Source: an uncultured Bacteroidales bacterium
GTDB lineage: Bacteria; Bacteroidota; Bacteroidia; Bacteroidales; FEN-979
DNA length: 64,000 nucleotides
Direction: 5' to 3'
Assembly (NCBI GenBank): GCA_903845055.1
Contig: CAIMWF010000072.1
Location: 4,173 to 68,172 of the forward strand
Shown here: piece by piece, positions 1-7,900 of the stretch
Layout of the letters: every line of letters starts with the position of its first letter
Numbering within the stretch: the first letter of the stretch is position 1
Translations under genes and position numbers: made by a program
Notes under the pieces: model-generated
The model's database searches: none
Seen by the model: the letters and a program-made list of their open reading frames with translations, nothing else
What the model was told of the DNA's origin: nothing

Positions 1-25
1 GTAACGTTAAAAAGAAGGATTATTG

Positions 26-33
26 TAACTTTG
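26..33 (+). promoter_or_regulatory. Candidate Bacteroidota -7 promoter box (TAnnTTTG)
   Basis: TAACTTTG. It lies 186 nt upstream of the debranching-enzyme ATG, implying a long leader. Confidence 0.4.
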
Positions 34-218
34 CAAATTGTTTTTTTAATCCTATATTTGGACAATGAGTCCACCCCGGATCGAAATAAAAACCTGATCA
101 TCGTATTGGCAAAAAGGCGCAAACTACACCGGTTCACTCTGAATTTCACTGCCTCCCCGCGTCGTGCCTGTAACATAAAATCCGGGTGGAATCAATGTTG
201 TCATGAAAATCAACCGCA

Positions 219-2162
219 ATGAGTTACATCAATTTTGATAAGAATCAGCTGGTCAACCTGGAATATTCTTTAAACCGCGAACTGTTAAGGTCGAACAGGG
301 CGGGGTCGTATGCCAACTCAACCATTATCAACTGCAACACCCGCAAATATCACGGGATGCTGGTAACGTCGCAGCCGGGCATCGATCATGAGAACCATGT
401 GCTGCTCTCCTCGCTGGATGAGACGGTGATCCAGATGGACGCGGATTTCAACCTCGGAATCCATAAATATCCAGGTGGCAAATACAATCCGAAGGGTCAC
501 AAATACATCCGTGATTTTGTCACAGAACCCTATCCCAAGATGACCTACCGGGTGGGCGGCGTCATCCTTACCAAAGAGATGGTCTTTACCACGCGCGAGG
601 ACCGGATGATCATCAAGTATACCCTGGTGGAGGCCCATTCGCCCACGAAACTCAGGTTCAAACCATTCCTGGCCTTCCGAAACATCCATGCACTGAGCAA
701 GGAAAACATTTTTGCAGATAAAAAATACGAAGCGGTCGACCAGGGAATCAGGGTAAGAATGTACCAGGGATACACCGACCTGTATATGCAGCTCTCCCGG
801 CCCAACGAATATACCCACGTTCCCGACTGGTACTACAATATTGAATACCAGGAGGAGATGGAGCGCGGCTTTGAATATCAGGAAGACCTGTATGTCCCCG
901 GTTTTTTTGAGGTTGAGATTAAAACCGGCGAAAGCATCTATTTCGCTGCAGGTACCAGGGAACTGAATCCCGCATCGATGAAGCGGACCTTCGACGCCGA
1001 GCTTGAAAAACGCATCCCGCGGAATAATTTCGCCAATTGCCTTACCAATGCCGCGCAGCAGTTCGTGGTTAAAAAAGGGAGGGGAACCGAAGTGATCGCC
1101 GGCTTTCCATGGTTTGGCCGCTGCGGCCGCAGCACCTTTGTTTCTCTCCCGGGCCTGACCCTTGTGAACGGGGACTTTTCCACCTGCAGGAACATCATCG
1201 ATACGCTTGTGTCCGAAATGAAAGGACCGCTTTTTCCCAACTACGGCACCGGGAGCAAAACAAGCTACAACTCATCCGACGCTTCGCTCTGGTTTTTCTG
1301 GGCCCTTCAGCAATATGCCGCCTTTACGGGCGAAGATGCCGAAATCTGGCCGGCCTACGGGAAAAAGATGAAACTTATCCTGGAAGCTTACCGCGAAGGG
1401 ACTGAATTCAACATCCACATGGATACCGACGGGCTGATCTATGCCGGGGTTCACGGGATCGCACTCACCTGGATGGATGCCATCGCCCACGGGAAACCGG
1501 TGACCCCAAGGATCGGCAAAACGGTTGAAGTGAACGCCCTCTGGTACAATGCTGTCAAATTCAGCATGGGCATGGCGGAACTAGCCGGTGACACCACATT
1601 CTGCAAGGAATGGGAGGAGATTTCCTGCCAGATACCGGGCTCTTTCTATGAGACCTTCTGGAGCCCGGAAAAGAGGTACCTGGCCGATTATGTCGACGGA
1701 ACTTATAAGGACTGGGCGGTAAGGCCCAACATGGTGATCGCCACTTCGCTGCCTTTCTGCCCGGTGCGCGAAGAGATCAGGAAAGAGGTCCTGAGCCGCG
1801 TGAAACAGGAATTGTTAACGCCACGGGGGTTGCGTACCCTTACGCCGAAAAGCCCGGTATACAAGGGTTCCTATTTCGGCGACCCGGATACGCGCGATTC
1901 GGCCTATCACCAGGGAACGGTTACGCCATGGCTCCTTGGACATTTCGTCGAGGGCTACCTCCGGATCCACGGAAAAAGCGGGATGTCGCTGATCAAATCG
2001 CTCTACGAGGGCTTTGAACCGGTGATGACGGAACACGGAATCGGAACCATCTCCGAATTGTACGACGGCGATCCGCCCCATACCGGCAGGGGAGCCATCT
2101 CACAGGCCTGGTCGGTTGCGGAACTGCTCAGGATCCATTACCTTATTAAACAGAATGAATAA
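219..2162 (+). CDS. Glycogen debranching enzyme family protein (bacterial GDE N-domain + amylo-alpha-1,6-glucosidase C-domain)
   Basis: 647-aa ORF with an ATG start. The N-terminus 'NRAGSYANSTIINCNTRKYHGMLV' is the typical bacterial GDE N-terminal domain, followed by a long (alpha/alpha)6-type C-domain. It is the first gene of an alpha-glucan cluster. Confidence 0.85.
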   Translation: MSYINFDKNQLVNLEYSLNRELLRSNRAGSYANSTIINCNTRKYHGMLVTSQPGIDHENHVLLSSLDETVIQMDADFNLGIHKYPGGKYNPKGHKYIRDFVTEPYPKMTYRVGGVILTKEMVFTTREDRMIIKYTLVEAHSPTKLRFKPFLAFRNIHALSKENIFADKKYEAVDQGIRVRMYQGYTDLYMQLSRPNEYTHVPDWYYNIEYQEEMERGFEYQEDLYVPGFFEVEIKTGESIYFAAGTRELNPASMKRTFDAELEKRIPRNNFANCLTNAAQQFVVKKGRGTEVIAGFPWFGRCGRSTFVSLPGLTLVNGDFSTCRNIIDTLVSEMKGPLFPNYGTGSKTSYNSSDASLWFFWALQQYAAFTGEDAEIWPAYGKKMKLILEAYREGTEFNIHMDTDGLIYAGVHGIALTWMDAIAHGKPVTPRIGKTVEVNALWYNAVKFSMGMAELAGDTTFCKEWEEISCQIPGSFYETFWSPEKRYLADYVDGTYKDWAVRPNMVIATSLPFCPVREEIRKEVLSRVKQELLTPRGLRTLTPKSPVYKGSYFGDPDTRDSAYHQGTVTPWLLGHFVEGYLRIHGKSGMSLIKSLYEGFEPVMTEHGIGTISELYDGDPPHTGRGAISQAWSVAELLRIHYLIKQNE

Positions 2163-2231
2163 TGCAACCGGGCTTTATCCCGCCAACATCGCCCTGGCCG
2201 GTTCCCATGGAGATCACGGGAGCAAACCAGG

Positions 2232-2256
2232 AATCGTAAATCGTAAATCGTAAATC
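2232..2256. repeat. Tandem heptamer array (AATCGTA)x3 + AATC, 10 nt upstream of the GT4-like gene start
   Basis: Read directly: aatcgtaaatcgtaaatcgtaaatc. It has the same 3.6-copy layout as 24817-24841. Confidence 0.9.
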
Positions 2257-2266
2257 AAAAATAAAA

Positions 2267-3550
2267 ATGCGTGTCTTAATGTTTGGTTGGGAATTCCCTC
2301 CGCATATCACCGGCGGACTGGGTACAGCCTGTTTCGGTTTGACCAAAGGCCTTGTTAAACACGGCGTTGAGGTAATCTTCGTAGTTCCCAAAGCTTTTGG
2401 AGATGAAACCAAGGAGGGTTTTCGGCTGGTCAACGCCAGTGATGTCGTTCTTGATTTCACCAAAACCGAGACCCGTGAATACTGGGACAATATCCAGTTC
2501 ATGGAGATTGGGTCGAACCTGGTGCCATACCTCGACCCGGAAGAGTTTGAACGGGTGGTTACCTCGGAGCAGCTGACCGGAAAGGATGAACAACATTCGG
2601 TATTTTCGAAGCAATATACCTTTTCAGGCAAATATGGTCCGAACCTCATGGAAGAGGTTTCACGCTATGCACTGGTAGCTTCGTCCATCGCGGCGAACAA
2701 TACCTTCGATGTCATTCACGCCCACGACTGGCTCACCTATCCTGCCGGGATTACGGCCAAGAAGCTGACCGGCAAACCGCTGGTGGTGCATGTACATGCC
2801 ACCGAGTTCGACCGGTCGGGCGAAAATGTAAACCAGCCGGTCTACGATATCGAACGGCAGGGGATGACCGAAGCCGACCTGGTGATCACCGTGAGCAACC
2901 TGACCCGCCAGATCGTCATCGAGCGATACGGGATCCCGGCTGAGAAGGTCATCACCGTGCACAATGCCGTTGAACCTGTCGAACGACCTGACAGGGAAGA
3001 GGTTACCAAGCATGTCAAGGAGAAGGTTGTTACTTTCCTCGGACGGGTTACCTACCAGAAAGGTCCCGATTATTTTGTCGAGGCGGCCTACAAGGTGCTG
3101 AAGCGTGATTCAAACGTCCGCTTTGTGATGGCCGGCTCGGGCGACCTCCTGAACCGCATGATCCGCAGGGTGGCGCAACTGAAAATCGCCACAAAATTCC
3201 ATTTTACCGGGTTCCTTGCCGGACCTGAAGTGGATACCATGTTTGCCATGAGCGATGTCTACGTGATGCCGTCGGTGTCGGAACCCTTCGGGATCTCGCC
3301 GCTGGAGGCCATGCGCTCGAACGTGCCGGTGGTTATATCAAAACAATCGGGCGTGGCTGAAGTGCTCCAGCATGCACTCAAGGTCGACTTCTGGGATATC
3401 GACGCGCTGGCTGATGCCATTTACGGTATCCTCCATTACGAGGGACTCAGTAAGATGTTCATCCGCTACGGGAAGTCGGAAGTCGACAACCTCATCTGGG
3501 AAAATGCTGCCATTAATGTAATTGAAGTGTATAATCAAGCTGTTTTATAA
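2267..3550 (+). CDS. GT-B fold glycosyltransferase, GT4-like (alpha-glucan/glycogen synthase-like)
   Basis: N-terminus 'MRVLMFGWEFPPHITGGLGTAC' is a Gly-rich donor loop. The C-terminal 'SVSEPFGISPLEAM' is the EX7E motif of retaining GT-B enzymes. Sits in the glycogen cluster. Confidence 0.8.
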   Translation: MRVLMFGWEFPPHITGGLGTACFGLTKGLVKHGVEVIFVVPKAFGDETKEGFRLVNASDVVLDFTKTETREYWDNIQFMEIGSNLVPYLDPEEFERVVTSEQLTGKDEQHSVFSKQYTFSGKYGPNLMEEVSRYALVASSIAANNTFDVIHAHDWLTYPAGITAKKLTGKPLVVHVHATEFDRSGENVNQPVYDIERQGMTEADLVITVSNLTRQIVIERYGIPAEKVITVHNAVEPVERPDREEVTKHVKEKVVTFLGRVTYQKGPDYFVEAAYKVLKRDSNVRFVMAGSGDLLNRMIRRVAQLKIATKFHFTGFLAGPEVDTMFAMSDVYVMPSVSEPFGISPLEAMRSNVPVVISKQSGVAEVLQHALKVDFWDIDALADAIYGILHYEGLSKMFIRYGKSEVDNLIWENAAINVIEVYNQAVL

Positions 3551-3558
3551 TTGATCAT

Positions 3559-4992
3559 ATGAGATCCATCTGCCTTTATTTCCAGGTCCATCAGCCGTTT
3601 CGACTGCGTACCTACCGGTTTTTCAATATCGGACAAGATCATCACTATTATGATGACTACCAGAACCGTCATATCATCCGGAGGGTTTCCGAGAAATCGT
3701 ATCTCCCGGCCAACAACCTGATGCTTGACCTGATCAGGGAATTCGGTACTGCCTTCAGGGTGAGCTATTCGATTTCGGGCACGGCCCTGGAACAATTGCA
3801 AACCCATGTCCCTGAGGTGATAGCGAGTTTTAAGAAACTGGCCGACACCGGCCAGGTGGAATTCCTTGCCGAAACTTATTCGCATTCGCTTGCCTGCCTT
3901 GGCAACAAGGATGAATTTGTTCGCCAGGTAGCGATGCACGCGGCTAAGGTGGAAGAATTGTTCGGCAAAAAACCGACGACTTTCAGGAATACCGAACTGA
4001 TCTATTCCGACAAAATAGGGGAGATGGTTGCCGACATGGGTTATCATACCATGCTCACAGAGGGCGCAAAACACATCCTCGGATGGAAAAGTCCCAATTA
4101 CATGTACTGCAACCGGATCAATCCGAAACTCAAGGTTTTGCTGCGTAATTTCAGGCTTAGCGACGACCTCACCTTCAGGTTTTCGAACCAGGACTGGTCG
4201 GAATGGCCCCTGACGACCGAGAAATTCGTGGACTGGCTCAACAAGGTCGACAAGAACGAAGAGGTGGTCAACCTTTTCCTCGATTATGAAACCATTGGCG
4301 AACACCAGTGGAAGGAGACCGGGATCTTCGATTTCTTCAGGGCCCTGCCCGAAACGGTATTCTCTAAATCCGATTTCTCCTTCAAAACCCCCGAAGATCT
4401 TTACCATGAATTGCAACCGGTGGCTGCCCTTTCGGTGTTGCACCCCATATCGTGGGCCGACGAAGAGCGCGACCTGACCGCCTGGCTTGGCAATGAACTG
4501 CAGGACGAGGCTTTCGCTAAGCTCTATTCCTATGAACCAAAGATGAGGAAGTGTACCAGCGCCGCCCTGCAAAAAGACTGGCAATACCTGCAAACCAGCA
4601 ACCATTTTTATTATATGTGCACGAAATGGTTCTCGGCAGGGGAGGTTCACAAATATTTCAACCCTTATGGATCGCCCTATGAGGCGTTCATCAATTACAT
4701 GAACGTGCTGTCCGATTTCATGATCAGGGTCGATGAAGACGCCCTGGCCATGGAGACCGTCCTGGAAAAAGCAGATCTGGCAACGGATAAGGAAACAGCC
4801 CTGGCCCGGCCTGTAAAAACTCCGAAAATAAAAGCCACTAAAGTTGGGGCGAAGACTAAAACCGTGACGGTGGTGAAGGAGGAGGTTGCAAAAGCCAAAG
4901 TCGCTACTGCCAGGCCCGCTGCCAAAAAGGCAAAGAGTAGCCCGAAACAGGTCCCGTCCACCGAAAAAAAACCGAAAAAGAATTCTAAGTAA
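3559..4992 (+). CDS. Glycoside hydrolase family 57 protein (amylase/branching-enzyme-like) with a Lys/Ala/Pro-rich C-terminal tail
   Basis: N-terminus 'ICLYFQVHQPFRL' is the GH57 conserved region 1. 'TGQVEFLAETYSH' is the nucleophile-Glu region and 'LFLDYETIGEH' the acid/base region. The last ~67 aa are a low-complexity basic tail. Confidence 0.8.
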   Translation: MRSICLYFQVHQPFRLRTYRFFNIGQDHHYYDDYQNRHIIRRVSEKSYLPANNLMLDLIREFGTAFRVSYSISGTALEQLQTHVPEVIASFKKLADTGQVEFLAETYSHSLACLGNKDEFVRQVAMHAAKVEELFGKKPTTFRNTELIYSDKIGEMVADMGYHTMLTEGAKHILGWKSPNYMYCNRINPKLKVLLRNFRLSDDLTFRFSNQDWSEWPLTTEKFVDWLNKVDKNEEVVNLFLDYETIGEHQWKETGIFDFFRALPETVFSKSDFSFKTPEDLYHELQPVAALSVLHPISWADEERDLTAWLGNELQDEAFAKLYSYEPKMRKCTSAALQKDWQYLQTSNHFYYMCTKWFSAGEVHKYFNPYGSPYEAFINYMNVLSDFMIRVDEDALAMETVLEKADLATDKETALARPVKTPKIKATKVGAKTKTVTVVKEEVAKAKVATARPAAKKAKSSPKQVPSTEKKPKKNSK

Positions 4993-4997
4993 CTGTC

Positions 4998-7900
4998 ATG
5001 ATGAAGGATAAATTGCTTGTAACCCCCGATTACCTGTTTGAAACCAGTTGGGAAGTATGCAACAAGATTAGCGGAATTCATACCGCCATCGCCACAAAAG
5101 CCCGGATCCTTGCCGAGGAGTTCAAGGACAATTACATACTCATCGGTCCTGACGTGTGGAAGGAGACCCACAAGAATCCTGAATTTATTGAAGACAAGTT
5201 TCTCTATAAATCCTGGCGCGAAATCGCTGAAGATTCAGGCTTGCGCCTGAGGGTCGGACGCTGGAACATTCCTGGGAAACCGGTCGTCGTGCTGGTAGAT
5301 TTCACCTCCTATTTTACCGAGAAGGATAAAATCTTCGCCCATTTCTGGGAACATTACAAGCTTGACTCACTTTCGGGCGACTGGGATTACGTAGAACCTG
5401 CTTTTTTCGGCTATGCTGCCGGGATGATCATTGAAAGTTTTTATAACTGCAACCTGTCGCACCACGACAAAATCATCGCCCAATTCCACGAATGGAAGAC
5501 CGGTACCGGGATCCTATACCTGAAGGAGATGGTGCCCCAGGTAGGTACCGTATTCACATCCCATGGAACAGTGCTTGGCCGGACGATTGCAACCCACGGG
5601 CTCCCTTTGTACAGTAACCTCGAAAATTACAACAGCGAGGCAATCGCGCGTCAATTCGGCGTACTGGCAAAGTTTTCCCTTGAAAAATTATCGGCAAACG
5701 AAGCTGATTTTTTTACAACCCCCAGCGAGATCACCAACAACGAATGTCGTCATTTCCTCGAAAAAGAGGCCGACCTGATTACACCCAACGGTTTCGACGA
5801 CTCGTGGGTACCCCCCAACGAGGAATTTTCCGAAAAACGCAGCACTTCACGCAGGAAGCTTCTGGAGGTTGCCGGGGCACTCACCGGGCAGCAGTTCGCC
5901 GCCGACAGCATCCTGGTGCTGAACAGCAGCAGGTATGAAATCAGGAACAAGGGAATCGAGATTTTCATTGATGCGTTGGGTACGCTGAACAGCCAGTCGA
6001 AAGCGCCCCAGACTCTTATCGCATTTATCGCAGTGTCTTCCGGGCTGAACGGCCCGCGTATCGACCTGCTTGACCGGATGCATACGGGAGACATTGGCCA
6101 ACCAAGACCTGAAGAATACACCACCCACGTCGTAGCCGATCCTGACAATGACCTGATCCTGAGCAGGATCAAGGCAAACGCGCTGATGAACCGCCCCGAG
6201 GACAAGGTGAAGGTGATTTATGTTCCCACTTACCTGAACGGCGAGGACGGGATTTTCAACCTGACCTACTATGACCTGCTCATCGGTTTTGACGGCACTG
6301 TCTATCCCTCGTATTATGAACCCTGGGGCTATTCAGCCCTTGAAAGCGTTTCATACCACATTCCTACCATCACGACGTCGGTGACCGGGTTCGGCCAATG
6401 GATCAGGACTCTCTTCCCGAACATTAAAGATTGCACCACGGTCATCGAACGGAACGACGACAATGACCAGGAGGTGGTTGACAACATTGTAAAACACATC
6501 CAGAACTGCATCTCCAAGACCGAGAAGGAGATCATCAAGATCAGGATCAAGGCCTACGAAATTTCAAGGTCGGTACTTTGGAAAAATCTCATAGGCAATT
6601 ACCGGGAGGCCTATTCCGATGCACTTGCCGGGACCGCAGGCAGGGCGGAGCAGTATGCGGGTAAACAGCCGCAATTACTGGCTTCGTCGCCGAAGAGTTT
6701 TGTCGAAGTTAAGCCCGAGTGGCGGAAAGTACTGATCCAGCAGCGCGTTCCCGAAAACCTTGCCAGTCTCGACCGCCTGGCCAAGAACCTCTGGTGGTCC
6801 TGGAATTACGAAGGTTCCGAATTGTTTGAAATGATCAACAAGGAGCGGTGGTACGAATTGAAATTCAACCCCATAGCCCTCATCGAATCGCTGTCGTTCA
6901 AAGAGTTGCAGAACCTGAGCGTCAATGAGAAATTTATCGCGAAGCTCGAAAAGGTGACCGCCGAATTCAATTCCTACATGGCAAAAGCTTCCGAGAAACC
7001 ACAAGAACTGGTGGCCTATTTCAGCATGGAATATGGCCTTCATGATACCGTCAAGATTTTTTCGGGCGGACTGGGCATGCTTGCCGGCGACTATCTCAAG
7101 GAGGCCAGCGATTCAAACTACAACATCGTAGGGGTAGGTCTGCTCTACCGGTATGGATACTTTACCCAGAGCCTCTCGATCTTCGGCGACCAGGTTGCCA
7201 TCTATACCCCCCAGAAGTTCACCCACATGCCCCTCATCCCGGTCCGCGACGAACAGGGAAACTGGATCAAGACTTCGTTCGCACTGCCAGGACGCACCAT
7301 GTATGCCAAGATCTGGCGTTGTGATGTGGGACGGGTTCCACTGTACCTGATGGATACCGATATCGAGGAAAATGCAGAGTCAGACCGCAGCATCACCTAC
7401 CAGCTTTACGGGGGTGACAATGAGAACCGCCTGCGCCAGGAACTGCTCCTGGGGATCGGTGGCATCCGCATGCTCGATGCCATCGGCATCAACCCGAATG
7501 TATACCACAGCAACGAAGGACATTCGGCCTTCATCGGTCTCGAACGGCTCAGGAAGTTCATCCAGAACGAGAAACTGACCTTTCAGCAGGCGATGGAGAT
7601 GGTTCGCTGTTCAACGCTGTTTACCACCCATACGCCTGTGCCGGCCGGCCACGATACCTTCCCCGAGGACCTGTTACGACGCTACCTGTCGCATTATCCC
7701 GATCACCTGAACCAGAAGTGGGAACAGTTCATGAACCTCGGCAGAATGGTCGAAAATGACGCCAATGAGAAATTCTCCATGAGCGTGCTTGCAGCCAAAC
7801 TTTCACAGGAGATCAACGGGGTGAGCAAGATCCACGGAAGGGTCACGCGGGAGATGTTTGTCAAATTATACCACGGCTATTACCCCGGGGAACTGCATAT

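Noticed and set aside
31-222. A 63-aa ORF in the leader upstream of the debranching-enzyme gene.
   Set aside because: It has a TTG start and odd composition, overlaps the candidate promoter box, and ends inside the next gene's start codon region. Nothing supports it as coding.
3535-4650. Long antisense ORFs opposite real genes. Examples: 3535-4650(-) 371 aa, 8097-8873(-), 26452-27303(+), 35726-36472(+), 37700-38470(-), 44585-45706(+) 373 aa, 58537-59088(+) and 61602-62777(-) 391 aa.
   Set aside because: Each lies entirely inside a gene with strong family motifs on the other strand. Their translations are low-complexity and rich in R, G, P, H, D and V, with no recognisable motif, signal or promoter box. 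They are typical shadow ORFs of moderately GC-rich coding DNA.
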